From Octopus sinensis (taxonomy: Eukaryota): a DNA stretch of 63,932 nt. The stretch is from positions 16,306,069 to 16,370,000 of the forward strand of contig NC_043017.1 in NCBI RefSeq assembly GCF_006345805.1. The letters are read 5' to 3'. The notes beneath the pieces were generated by a model, which had not been told where the DNA came from, made no database searches, and worked only from the letters and a program-made list of their open reading frames with translations. Numbering within the stretch: position 1 is the first letter of the stretch; each line of letters begins with the position of its first letter. A program made the translations under genes and the position numbers. Below are positions 40,180 to 53,619 of the stretch, in pieces.

Positions 40180-40418
40180 ACTCCGCCGGTTACGACGACG
40201 AGGGTCCTAGCTGATACGATCAACGGAACAGCTTGCTCGTGAAATTAACGTGCAAATGGCTGAGCATTCCACAGACACGTGTACCCTTAACGTAGTTCTC
40301 GGGGATAATCAGCGTGACACAGAGAGTGACAAGGCTGACCCTTTGAAATACAAGTACAACTCATTTTTGCCAGCTGAGTGGACTGGAGCAACGTGAAGTA
40401 AAGTGTCTTGCTCAAGGA
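40180..40418 (-). mobile_element. SINE family C, body and tail
   Basis: ccttgagcaagacactttacttcacgttgctccagtccactcagctggcaaaaatgag, a conserved SINE-body-like segment, with an oligo-T end; second copy at 1665-1825. Confidence 0.7.
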
Positions 40419-41165
40419 GCCTCTGCTTATTGGCATATCAAAACATTTAGTCGCTTTCTCGTTCTCGGAGACGTTTTTTGGTGTATGCTAAATGTAATCA
40501 TTATTTTCTTTTCTGCCTACCCATGAAACTCCATTTAGCGTCCTATTGAAATCATTATAACTATTTTCTGTTGGTATTTCATAATGTTGACGTAGCTTCC
40601 ACAGCCTGTGAATCCTAACTCAGTAACTCTGTGAATGCGCTTTTTTTTTTGCTAACACCGAGCAGCCAAAAACAATTTGGTTGATTTTCATTAATTTTCA
40701 TATCTTCTGCAATCACTTAATGTATTTTATTTTATCAGACGCTTTAGGCAGTCTCCAGACGGGAGGTTTTGACATTGCGCCGCAATCAAGTATCCCTCAC
40801 TCACAACTTTATCTTCTGTACTTTTCAGTCAGTGTTGCAATTTTTCGTTGTCTATTTCTGTCCTGTTCAATATTTTCAGATATTGGCTGTATATGAATTT
40901 TCTTGCCATCATTAATTTCATCATGGATTTTAGCCGTTTCAGAATTTCCGTTGTTGTAAATCTATGATTTCAGCTTCTGTTTCGTATTTTTCAGCTTTTT
41001 TTTTTTCATTTTTGTTTTGTATTTCCTACCTATTTGTGTAATTCTACAATGTAAATTATTTACAAGTTTTATGGTTGCACAAGCTCTTACCCGTTATTTT
41101 CGTGTCTTTCTATATCAGTTTCAATGAATGTGTTCTAAATGCTGTCATTATTTTTCTTGTTCTAG

Positions 41166-41565
41166 GGCGGCGAGCTGGCAGAAACGTTAGCACGCCGGGC
41201 GAAATGTGTAGCCGTATTTCGCCTGCCGTTACGTTCTGAGTTCAAATTCCGCCGAGGTCGACTTTGCCTTTCATCCTTTCGGGGTCGATTAAATAAGTAC
41301 CAGTTACGCACTGGGGTCGATATAATCGACTTAATCCGTTTGTTTGTCCTTGTTTGTCCTCTCTGTGTTTAGCCCCTTGTGGGTGGTAAGGAAATAGGTA
41401 TTTCGTCTGCCGTTACGTTCTGAGTTCAAATTCCACCGAGGTCGACTTTGCCTTTCATCCTTTCGGGGTCGATTAAATAAGTACCAGTTACGCTCTGGGG
41501 TCGACGTAATCGCCTATCCCCCTTCCCCTTAAAATTTTCAAGGCCTTGTGTCTAGAGTAGAAATA
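41166..41565 (+). mobile_element. SINE family A dimer whose second unit has a different tail; 16-bp TSD
   Basis: Junction at 41397/41398; TSD attatttttcttgttc at 41147-41162 and 41566-41581. Confidence 0.9.
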
Positions 41566-41624
41566 ATTATTTTTCTTGTTCCTTCTAGTATTAATTGTTC
41601 ATTTAGCATTCAACTGTAAATGAT

Positions 41625-41907
41625 ATATTACTAACTATTACTGCCTATAATATATTACTAACTATTACTGCCTATGATATATTACTAACTATTACTGCCT
41701 ATAATATATTACTAACTATTACTGCCTATGATATATTACTAACTATTACTGCCTATAATATATTACTAACTATTACTGCCTATGATATATTACTAACTAT
41801 TACTGCCTATAATATATTACTAACTATTACTGCCTATAATATATTACTAACTATTACTGCCTATAATATATTACTAACTATTACTGCCTATGATATAGCT
41901 GCCTATA
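41625..41907. repeat. 27-bp minisatellite, ~10 units
   Basis: Unit atattactaactattactgcctatRat. Confidence 0.95.
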
Positions 41908-42245
41908 ATGATCTAATAGATTTTTAATATTCCATAATTTTTCCCTTTCATTTGTGTGTGATGTACACCATCTTCTATAGTGATTCATAGATATTTATAT
42001 GTCTGTGAAAGGTAAAATTCTCATATTTCACTTCCTTTATCTAGATTGATGTTAAGTTTTGTTTCAGTTTTTCTCTTAAATCCTTGGACTGTCGGTAGAA
42101 GTGTTACTAGTCGTTTATACTTTACAGCACATACAAATTAACGCAGAAAGCGCTGGGATTTGCACTTACATAGCATGGACTGTTGAGCACATTTTATGAA
42201 AACAAGACTACCACGCATACATAATAGCTACGGATCCCAGTACGT

Positions 42246-42446
42246 CAGTGCTTTTCAAACTTTTTGCTGGAGCGGAACCCCAAGGAAACACTCCACTGGC
42301 TCGAGGAACCCCTGTGCAATAATTTAATAGTCTTACGCACACATATCTGCACAAGAGAATTAAAAATTACTGCCGATTTTAGCAGTTTTGTAACTTCTTG
42401 CGGAACCCCTGGACTGTACTGGCGGAACCCTGGTTGAAAACCCCTG
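42246..42446. mobile_element. hAT-type MITE, 201 bp
   Basis: Imperfect TIRs cagtgcttttcaa / ttgaaaacccctg; perfect 8-bp TSD cagtacgt at 42238-42245 and 42447-42454. Confidence 0.9.
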
Positions 42447-42761
42447 CAGTACGTAACTATTAGGCATTTGTTACTCATGAGGCTAAAATGGTTAGATAAC
42501 TTCAGAGAAATTTTAGTGTTAATGTTTAAAGTTAACATAGTAAAATTAATTAGAGTCTCTACCTCAGTTAATGGAAATAAGGAAAACATACGGAATAGAA
42601 AACAAACCGCATTTTTCAGATGATAGTTGATGCTGAAATACAATGGTTTGAACTTAAATGAATTGTACGTTGTTGATTTCTGATTGCATGTATCCGTGTC
42701 GATTCTTCATTAGCCTCATTTAAAGCAATGTTATTTTATTTATTTATTTTTTTACTTGCAG

Positions 42762-44826
42762 ATTTCTCTTAAACAATTTGTCGTGTCGGTGCCTCCTTCG
42801 TCGTTACATATTTTTCTGCATTCTGTTTTGCGGTTTATTGTTGTTGATATATAACTTCCGATGGCAAGGCACTCAAGGGTTTTCTCAGATGACTTCTCTG
42901 ATGGTGAAGTCAAATTTTACAGCAATCGGACTTCTAGTAAGCACCAAATTTTGCCATATTCCAGATATAGACCCGTTTGAATCATCAGTGAAAACGTACT
43001 TTAGTGTTAGCTTCTGGAAACCGTGTGCCGAACCTCATTCTCTTACTTATCAAAATGGTTCAATCTTAAGATTAAACCATTCGTTAATAAAGTACAAGCA
43101 CGGAGGAAACTTCAATTGTTGTAAAGTCGTTCCTATTCGTAGACTGGATAAAGATGATCACTCGTTTGAATATCTTCCTGCAGATACACTCTTTAATAAT
43201 GACATAAAAATAAAAGACGAATTTATTAAAGTTCAATGCTATGGGCTAAAAAATGACTTGATCTATACAAATTTTCATGCTTTTATTCATAAAAAAACCA
43301 TCAAGCCCAAAGAAAATGTTCTGACCACAAGAATTGAAACAATGTTAACAAAAATTAACAAAAACTCTAAAAAAACAACTGTCTCTAGTTTAAAGACTAC
43401 TCTGAAGGCAACACCGACCACTTCGGTTGTAAAGAACCCCGTTAATATTCTTCTAGTTGGTATTGATTCCATGTCACGCTTAAATTTTTTGCGACAAATG
43501 CAAATGACACATCGTTATATATTAAAATTGGGTGCCATTGGCATGCTGGGCTACAATAAAGTTGCGGATAATACATTTGTGAACTTGATCCCTTTACTTA
43601 CAGGTAAGTATCTAGAAGAGCTTCCATGGAACGAAACTCTGAGTGGATTACCATTAAATAAATACAATTTCCTGTGGAAGCGATATAAGAATCATGGATT
43701 TACTACTTTGTTTGCTGAGGACGACCCTCCTATAGGGACGTTTAATTATCTAAAATTTGGTTTCAAACAACAACCTACAGACCATTATTATAGACCATTT
43801 GCTCTCGCAATGGAGGAGGAGAAATCCGTCTGGACAAAAGACTGCGTTCGAGATCGAACAGAAACAGGTATAATTCTCCAATATATTTACGACTTTGCGA
43901 GAGTCTACAAGGACTCCCCATATTTTAGTTTATCTTTTATTGGGCGTCTCACCCACGACGACATCAACAAAGCTGGTCGCTGTGACGCTGAATATTATAA
44001 GTTTTTCAAGACGTTAAATGATGAACAGCTTCTTAATAACACCCTTGTTGTGTTTTTTTCTGATCACGGCATCCGATTCGGATCATTCCGCAAAACATAC
44101 GTAGGTCGACTCGAAGAGAGATTGCCTTTCATGTTTATCATCCCACCTCCTTTCTTCAAACATCGCTACCCAAACCTTTTGAATAACATAAAAATCAATT
44201 CTCGCCGTCTCACAACACCATTTGACATTCATGAAACGTTGGTAGATGCCCTCCATATAGAGAAAGCCAATTTGAAATATTCTACAGTGCAAAGATATTC
44301 TCCCGAAAAAATGAAAAGCATTAGTTTGTTCTCTCGAGTTCCGGAGGAAAGGTCTTGTAAACGTGCAACTATTTTATCTCATTGGTGTGCCTGTCATCAG
44401 ACTACAGCAGTGACCACTAGTGACGATACAGTTATTTATATTGCTGAGCAACTAGTAAAGATGATTAACAATTTAACATCAGAATATAGAAACGTATGCT
44501 CGAAAGTTCGGTTGAGTGAAATATCAGAAGCTTCGATGATCAAAGCCAACGATGAGATGATGCGTTTCCAATATAGTCATCATGATGTTATTGACAGATA
44601 TGTAGCCTACGGTGACTTAGCAGAACAAAGTTATATCGATTATCAGATCACTATTTCCACATTGCCAGGCAAAGGGCTGTTCGACGCGACTGTCCGTTAT
44701 CAAATCAAAGATAAATCATGTACACTTGTTGGTGGCATTAGTCGGACCAATAAATACGGCAGCCATGGAAATTGTATTGCGATACCTAAATTACAACCTT
44801 TCTGCTATTGTCACAAAAGCAATTAA
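42762..44826 (+). CDS. DUF229-family protein 2, main coding exon
   Basis: Acceptor tttttacttgcag ends at 42761 and the frame is open from the exon start. Anchor YIFFCILFCGLLLLIY. Motifs GIDSMSRLNF, GYNKVADNTFVN, THDD, FFSDHGIRFG, GRLEERLP, HWCAC, FCYC. Confidence 0.9.
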
Positions 44827-46001
44827 TCTAAAGTGAAGAAAGAAGTATACAAACGCAGAATGCAACAGTTACAGCGTCAAAAGAATACATTTTACTCTCG
44901 TGTGTAGTGATGCTTAATTAGAAAAACAAAGATACTGCAACAATATATTTATTACAAATTATTAAGAATACCTTCATATAAAAACTTAGATTTTAAAACA
45001 TTTAAAAATGTTTTAAAAGAAATCGACGCTAAGACATAAAACACAACTACAGTTATAAAATACCTTACTAAAGTAACTAATCCAAATATGCCAACCAATC
45101 AACAAATTACTTTGATAAACTACCAAATGCAATCTTAACATAGACATGCATTGAATGGTCCGCGGGTTGGATTGCATCGTAAAGCGCTACATGGCTGTAA
45201 AATAATTTAAAACTTAAAATTCAAAAATAAATAGTTATTCAACTTGGTACCACTGACCAATCAAGGAAAATGAGGTACAAAAGAAAAAGCCAAAATAACT
45301 CCTAAGATCAATTGAATACCTTTTTTTAAACGAGGATAAGTATTCTCTTTAAAAGAAACGGAAGGAAATTTCGATTTGCTCATGGTCATGTTCCTCGGCA
45401 CCAAAATTTGTGAAGCAATTGGTCTATTCTCACTTAGTGAGTTTAAGGTAATAATGTGATCCGTTTAGAGTTGATGGACTATAATTAGGAAGAGCACGAT
45501 CAGATGTACAGTCGAAGAAGTTTTTGAAACATTCAATAAATTCAGATATTAGAAAGTAATACTTAATTTTGCTCAAAATCACAAATTCTTCTGGAAACTG
45601 AATAGTGCTTCATCATTTGTAACCCTCATTGGGTATCTCTCCTTCCATTTTAAGAAATCACTTCCTGATACATCAAATTTCCTTTGTTCAGCCAAAGCAT
45701 TTATTAAGAATGAGTTTCAAGTCTAAACGTAATGCGTTTTCACAATACATACAGTTTATTCAATTGTAAATCTAATTCTAGATTTTTATAACCAAAGACG
45801 TGTATACGCGGATGAATACTTTGTATACTGAGTTGATGTTGCCCAAGTAAATACCTTGTTCTACTTCACAGAACACATAACAGATCATTCAAAAATCATT
45901 TGACAAAACACATTTCCTCTCTCTTTCACTTTATACTGACTTCAAACAAAATGTACAAAAATAAAAATAAAATTAAAATTTTTTCGTAACAGCTGAGCTG
46001 C

Positions 46002-46195
46002 GCGCATGCGCCTTCGAGTTAAAACGAAAGATTACCAAAATGGCTAGGCTATTGCCAAAATTTCTAAATGACATTTTAATTATTTTTATTTTTATGATAA
46101 AATTGCATTAATACAGATGACGTAATTAAGCTAATTGCAAATTAGCGGTGTCACTAATAATGTTTTCCTTACGTCAATAATGCTGGTGACGTATA
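46002..46195. promoter_or_regulatory. Cluster of NRF1-, YY1- and CRE-like motifs
   Basis: GCGCATGCGC at 46002-46011, CAAAATGGCT at 46036-46045, three TGACGT/ACGTCA sites in 46118-46195; no transcript evidence. Confidence 0.3.
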
Positions 46196-47080
46196 TTAAA
46201 AGTCCCTTATAGAATTATATTCATTAAAAATGTACAGAAAAAAGTATCACCGCCAAATTTGAAAAACAAACACTCATCTTTTTTCTTTTAAAACTTCATT
46301 GCATGAGATTGATGCCTTGAAATTCCTCGAATTGAGCTCCATCTTTTAAGCTTAATTAAAAAATAGTTTGTTTTTAAAATAAAAAAGTTAATTATTCTTG
46401 AATCCAATTTTTTGCCTTATATATTTTTTTCAGGATATTTTACCTCACAAATTTTTTGATACATGGGATCAAAACTATGAAATTCGTTTCCATCCTTTTA
46501 TCACTGAAGCTAAGATAAATATATTTTGTTTTTAAAATAAAAAAAAAAGTTATATAAATCTAAACTTGATGTAAACTTATTTCTACCGGACCAAATCTCA
46601 ACTTTTTTTAATGCCAAAATGTATTTAGGGACCACTCCTCTTCAAAAATGTTAATAGTTTTCAATTTGGTTAAGAACTGAATTAGCGACAAAGCTCTGAA
46701 GATGCTGCGTGTGAGTAAATTGCGGCCTTAAGAATATTATTCAACTACTACCGCAGCTGAATGATATATAAATAATCATTTTAAATTTGGATATACACCT
46801 GGTAGCATATTGTTTAAAGCACGTTCACTGTATTCGGCTACCTGATTTCATCAGTAGTAGGGGCATAAGTTCCACTGGAATTCCTTCATATCCGCCAAGT
46901 TTATACGTAGGAAAGAAAGAGAAAATAGAATTCACGAAATTCTTTATTAATGACTACGATCGTTTCGACCGTTTCTAATTCAGGCTCTCCCCCTATTTGT
47001 CACCAGTTATAGGCATATAATGAGATACATTCTAATCAAAATAAGCGAAACGGAGATTAAAGAGTGAGGTACTTTTGGCA

Positions 47081-47163
47081 AGTCACCTGACGAGGCACGT
47101 CTGCACCGAATGACACACCTGCAAGAAACCGATGTACGATGTGTCGAAACGATCGCAGTGATT
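47081..47163 (+). ncRNA. Type I hammerhead with large helix-II loop and a U16.1-to-C change
   Basis: AGTCAC / CTGACGA / GGCACGTC...GATGTGTC / GAAA / CGATCG / C,A / GTGATT. Confidence 0.6.
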
Positions 47164-47221
47164 GATAAAGTATCTTGTGAATTCCATTTTTCTTTCTTTC
47201 ATATGTTATATATATATATAC

Positions 47222-47326
47222 CACAGGCTTCTTTCAGTTTCCGTCTATCAAATCCCATCACAAGGCTTTGATCGGTCCGAGGTTATCGTAGAAGACGCTT
47301 GCCCAAGGTGCCACGCAGTGGGACTA
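47222..47326 (-). mobile_element. SINE family B fragment
   Basis: Matches 27975-28075. Confidence 0.8.
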
Positions 47327-47645
47327 CATATGTTTCATAGCGGGCGAAACCTCGGAAATGGTGAATATCCAAGCGAGGTATACATCACGCGCTTGGATAG
47401 GTTACTCTTCAAACCAAGGATATCTTGATTAAAGGCAAGTTTACAATGTTGCAAGGAGGTACATGTTAACACATAGAAGATTCAATCAGAATGTGTAAAG
47501 AGCACAGGAGGAGTGGAGAATATAAATGTGGAGGTTCCGCTCGCTATGAAACATATGTAGGCCATTCTTTTCTTTGTATTGTCTATCTGGATGCTTTGTT
47601 GTCCCATTATGTATCACCCAACTGTCCGATGTTTTGCGTCCTGGT

Positions 47646-47724
<79 letters not shown>

Positions 47725-47965
47725 GATATATATATATATATATATTAATAATAATTATATAATAAATATATATATATATAATATATATATATATATAATA
47801 TTATATATATATATATATATATATCATATATAATATAATAAGCCGATAATATATAATTAAATATAATATTGATAATATATATAATGAATTATATATATTA
47901 TATATATAATATATGAAATATTTCTAATATATATATATACTATCATTAGATATAAATATTTAAAT

Positions 47966-47999
<34 letters not shown>

Positions 48000-48034
48000 A
48001 TAATTTAATTAATATTATATATCTATTAATATAT

Positions 48035-48072
<38 letters not shown>

Positions 48073-48181
48073 ATATATATATAATATATTATATATATTA
48101 TATAATATATATAATATTATATATATGATATTAATATATAATATATATATTATATTATATAATATATATATTAATATATAT

Positions 48182-48226
<45 letters not shown>

Positions 48227-48254
48227 ATATATATTTATTTTTATTTATTTTTTC

Positions 48255-48626
48255 ATCTAGTTTCAGCTCACAAGCTGTGGCCATGCTGGGGCACCGCCAT
48301 TTGGTGTTGCTACATGATTTTACTTCACGAATGCTTTTTAGCAATTGACATTTGGTGCATGAGAGAGTTTGATGCAGCTGCCCTCATCTGGGACACCTGA
48401 CAGGAAGAGGTCCAGCTTTGTTTTGAAGACACCTACATCCACCCCATACAGGTCTCTCAGGTCCTTCGGGAGGATATTGGAGCTGTGGACCTCTGAAGCC
48501 CAGGCTATTGCAGTATATTGTCCTACATCTTGATGGCAAATTTGGAGTCCTTGGCATTATGCAGTGACGCCCGGTTCTAGAATTTGTGTAACTCTCGATG
48601 CCAAAGTCTGGGACAAGTCCTTCCAT
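48255..48626 (-). mobile_element. CR1/L2-type LINE 3' fragment
   Basis: YCNSLGFRGPQL, frameshift, NILPKDLRDLYGVDVGVFKTKLDLFLSGVPDE; tail ggcggtgccccagcatggccacagcttgtgagctgaaact. Confidence 0.8.
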
Positions 48627-48714
48627 CCTGATGAGGGGGAGTGTCTGTCTCATTAAGAATATGAAATTTATATCATATTATCGGACACGTCTCCGAAACG
48701 GCCCGTCGATGGAA
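48621..48714 (+). ncRNA. Type I hammerhead ribozyme, intact core, extended helix II
   Basis: TTCCATC / CTGATGA / GGGGGAGTGTCTG...CGGACACGTCTCC / GAAA / CGG-C-CCG / TC (cleavage after 48707) / GATGGAA. Confidence 0.8.
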
Positions 48715-49058
48715 CATTATCTTTGTGTATTAGTATGTCTTGTTAATGTGTAATTTCAAATTTTCCACCGGACTCTGTGTATTAACTTGTGAATCTTTTT
48801 TACCTTCTTTCTTATCGTGTGAATTAATAATTATTGTGTGAATTATGAATTCAATAAGTCTTATATTATGTTGATGTTTTACATTTTGCCTGTGTATTTA
48901 TATATATGAGAGTTTTTGAATGTTTTTAAATACCTACGAGTCTTATCTTATACCATATCGACGTTTTATACATATTTTTATATCTATTGGTATATCTATT
49001 TATGCATTTATATTTATAGTGCCAACATATTTTTTTTAATATTTAAAAAATATTTTTT

Positions 49059-49104
<46 letters not shown>

Positions 49105-49109
49105 CAATT

Positions 49110-49184
<75 letters not shown>

Positions 49185-49539
49185 CACAACATGAGGGTTT
49201 AGTTCACAGGTGATCTAACGACGAGGTACGCTGGGTAAGTGCTGTGACGGATTACCAGGGCTCCAAGGTCATAGCCGTGACAGGAGTTATGGAACCATTG
49301 TAGATTTCCGATATATCGGATATATAATTATTAAAGAGGACAACAAACACTAATGCAAGGCAAACATCTCAAGTCATTTGAGTTTCTATTATTGGAAACA
49401 TTTAAAGTCTTACAGCTGCTTCTGGGATATTCTAAAGTATGGGATATTCTGATGACATTTTCCCAATAATAGTAATTTATATATGACTTGAGATGTTTGT
49501 CTTGCCTTAGCGTTTGTCGTTTCTCTTAATTATATAAGT

Positions 49540-50127
49540 ATATATATATATATATATAATATATATATATATCTATATTATATATAGTATGTATATATGT
49601 AATATATATGTATATATATATGTATATATATAATGATATATATGTATATATATGTATATATATGTATATATATGTATATGTATATATATATTATATATAT
49701 ATATATATATAGATAATGTCTGTGTGTGGGTATATATATATATGTATATATATGTATATATATGTATATATATGTATATGTATATATAATATATACATAC
49801 ATATATATATATATATGTGTGGTGTATATATATATGTATATATATATGTATCATATAATATGTATATATATGCCTATTATATGTAGATTTTATATATGTG
49901 TGTGTAATATATATGTATATATATGCATATGTATATATATATGTATGTATATGTATATATATATGTATATATATGTATTTGTATATATATATATGTATAT
50001 ATATGTATATATATGTATATATATATGTATATATATATGTGTGTATATATATATGCATATATATGTATATATATATATATGTATATATGTATATATGTAT
50101 ATGTTATATATATATATATATATATAT
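49540..50127. repeat. (TA)n/(TATG)n low-complexity tract; similar tracts at 47649-48235, 51715-52425 and 52830-53110
   Basis: Read directly. Confidence 0.95.
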
Positions 50128-50820
50128 ACTTCAACTCAACATCCAGGAACTCAGACATCTCAAATTAAAGAAAAATTTACGACCAAATGCCTTACCATAC
50201 ATCTCCACACACAACCCTTTCAACAATGAAGCCTTCGGCACCATCCTTCAAAACATACCCTTGCTACAAAAAGACCACAGAATGAACTTAATCCTCCAAA
50301 CACACACGATCATAAAAAGCAAGAGACAGCCCAAATCTATGAAAAGTCTCCTAACACAAGCCCGAATACGCTCATCAACGCAGAAGCCGACAGTAAAAAA
50401 ATGTGGAAGACCCAATTGCGGGATATGCGATTATCTAATTGAGGGATCAGAGTTCTCCTTCAAACAGGGACAACGGTTCACAGTGAAAAGCAACTTCACA
50501 TGGCTTCGGGAGAACTGATATACACACTAACTGCTCGGTGTTCAAGAAGCAATACATAGGCCAAACAAAAATAGTTTACGTAAAAGAATGGCCCTGCATA
50601 GATCCCAGATAAAAATTCCCCAAAACAGAAAAAATAGCATTCAGCCAACACATAGATATTTGCGCCAACAACAAAAATCCAAGCTTCAGGATCCCCCCCT
50701 TACCAATTCAGGGACGATACAACTCGAGCCAACGAATAAGTAAAGAAACTCTCTTTATTACAAATACAGGCCCCTTCTGAACGCATCTACGACAAACGAT
50801 ATATCCTCCTCAGCTTTAGA
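50128..50820 (+). mobile_element. Penelope-like (Neptune-type) fragment: Cys-rich linker plus frameshifted GIY-YIG
   Basis: [13 protein letters not shown] followed by a frameshifted LIYTL..C..C..QYIGQT..SLRKRMALH. Confidence 0.8.
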
Positions 50821-51458
50821 ATAACACAAATACATACGCAAATATTACATTCCTATGAATCCATTAAAAATTAGCACCAATAACAGCTATAACCCACAAC
50901 GTGCCAACTTAAGTAATCAACATCCCAATACTTCCACGTATCATATTCTCCCTTCCTTCTTCTCCTCCTTCTTCTTCTTCTCTTCTTTCTTCTTCTTCTT
51001 CTTCTTCTTCTTATTCGTCTTCTTCTTACTCTTCTTCTCTTCTTTCTTCTTCTTCTTCTCTTTTCTCTTCCCCCCCCTCTTCTTCCTAACTTTATCACTA
51101 AGCTTTTAGTATAACACCTACGCAAATTCTATACAAACCTTTCAATAGAAATATTTTCATGAATTGAACAGCAGGAACTGCTAGCAACAACTGACCAACG
51201 ACAATCAAGGCAATCCCAAATCTCCCTCCCCATCTCCCGCTCCTCCTCCTTCTTCTTCCCTACCAAGAATTTCACATGGACCTTGAACCGACAAGAGTAA
51301 ACAAGAGATACAGAGAAACTTCTCTTTTAATCTTCTAAATTGAATTATTTAATTGTTACAGTTGAAAAAGTCTCAATGACTTTTTTATAAAATTAATTTA
51401 GCATTTTCTATCTTGACTTTATATATATATTATATATATATATATATATATATCTATA

Positions 51459-51489
<31 letters not shown>

Positions 51490-51522
51490 TTTGTTTTTTT
51501 TTTTTTTTTTTGTTTTTTCCAG

Positions 51523-51715
51523 TTTTCAGCTCTTGAGCTGTGGCCAGGCTGGGCACCCCATTGTGGTGAAAAGAGTACAGCAGGGATCACCACCCCCGCC
51601 GGAGCCTCGAGAGCTTTTTTAGGTTTTTGCTCAATAAACACACACAACGCCCGGTCTGAGAAATCGAAAACCGCGATCCTGCGACCGCGAGTCCGCTGCC
51701 CTAACCAACTGGGCA
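51523..51715 (-). mobile_element. tRNA-derived SINE family D with CR1-type tail
   Basis: Head cagttggttagggcagcggactcgcggtcgcaggatcgcggttttcgatt; tail cccagcctggccacagctcaagagctgaaa. Confidence 0.75.
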
Positions 51716-52637
51716 TATATGCATATAATAATTATATGTATATACAATATAGACTATATTATATGTAGATATATATATATTATATATATAGATGTATAGT
51801 GTATATATGTATTATATATGAATGTGTATATATGTATATTATATGTGTATATATGTAGTATCTGTAAATATATGAACATAGATATATTATGTATATAGTA
51901 GTATATGTATTTATATGTATATATATTAGTGTATAAGTATATATCTATATGTATGTATATTATATATGTATATATAGTATGTATATATATATATGGTAGT
52001 AATATATGATGATATATATATATATATATATATGTAAATATGTATATATATATATGTATATATATGTATGTATAAGATAGTATATATGTATATATACATG
52101 TATATATGTAGTATATATGAATAGTATATAATGTATCTTATATGGCTTATAATGTATAGATATGTATGTATATATTATATATGTATATATATAATATATA
52201 GTTATATATGATGAGATATATATATATATGTATATATGTATGATTATAGTATATATATATGCTATATAGATATAATATGTATATATGTAGTTGTATATAT
52301 CATATATGTATATATATGTATATTGTATATATATATATATATATAGATTATATATATATATATGTATATAATGTATATATTATAAATATATATATATGTA
52401 TATATGATTAGATATATATATATGTGTGTGTGTGGTGTTTCCTTACAGATAATCTAGATCCCCACAATTCCCAACTAGACTATTGCACAGACTGTTAAAG
52501 ATGGTTATAATAAAATAGAAGCTATAGAACCCTCACTGGCTGAAACGTTATGAATAAGCGCTGTCGATGTCAACCATGTTGGTTGCGTAATCAAGCCGTG
52601 ACGGCTAAGCCGCACTCTGATCATTTAAGTGTTTTCG

Positions 52638-52680
<43 letters not shown>

Positions 52681-52827
52681 ATATATATGAAATTAGTAAT
52701 GCATTACGAAAAGTTATTGCTTCCAGTAAAGAAATAGCCCGCGAGGGAAATTATACATAGAAGTAAATTATTACGTTCGCTATTTCCAGTAAATATCGGT
52801 ACTTCGTTGTGCCATTATTTACTTCTA

Positions 52828-52864
<37 letters not shown>

Positions 52865-53078
52865 TCCATATATATATAGTTAGTGGAGGCCACTCGCTAA
52901 TATATGTATATATGTATATATATGTATATAGTATATATATATATATGTATATATATGTATTATATATATATATGTGTATATATATATGTATATATATATG
53001 TATATATGTATATATATATGTATTATATGTATATATACACACATATATATATAATATATATATGTGTGTGTATATATG

Positions 53079-53110
<32 letters not shown>

Positions 53111-53619
53111 ACACGCCTCGATGTCAACTATACTGGTGCGCTCACAAAGCTGTGACCGTTAAACAGCACGTTGCTTCGTTAAAAAGTTCTTATGAATATC
53201 AACTATGTTAGCGCACTCATCAAACCATGACGTCTAAGCTTAACGCTCATTGGTTAAAATACAGTTCGTAAGATATAGCTTGCTGGAAGAAACCGGAAAG
53301 TACTTAAAGAAAACAAAATCAAGCATTCTGCTACAAATATCAATTATGAAAGATAACTGTCGGTTAATACTGCTACTATAAAAACCTGAAGATTGCGGAA
53401 AGCATGATAGTACTTGTTTAATCATAATAAAAGTGCTTTATTAGATGTTAAGGCTCGTGCACAAATGCAAGTGGAAACGAAAACTCTTCGATGGGCCTGG
53501 GCTATTGATGGTGCTGGATGAGCGCGTACAACTTGATTCGAAGCAGGCGTGTGCGGTTTTTTTTTGGTGGCGCTTTAGTCAACTATTTGGAGCCAGTGGT
53601 GGGTTAGAGCAGGGAGCAG

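Noticed and set aside
41625-41907. 27-bp repeat of CRISPR-repeat size
   Set aside because: Head-to-tail tandem repeat without spacers.
42245-42643. 132-aa minus-strand ORF
   Set aside because: It runs through a hAT MITE and intron sequence with no protein motif.
46690-46740. CTGAAGA followed by a GCTGCG/TGCGGC stem
   Set aside because: No GAAA, helix III or helix I follows.
49395-49470. GAAG-CAGCTG-TA-AGAC (minus) near a plus-strand CTGATGA
   Set aside because: The two halves are on opposite strands and the GAAA is mutated, so no ribozyme can be assembled.
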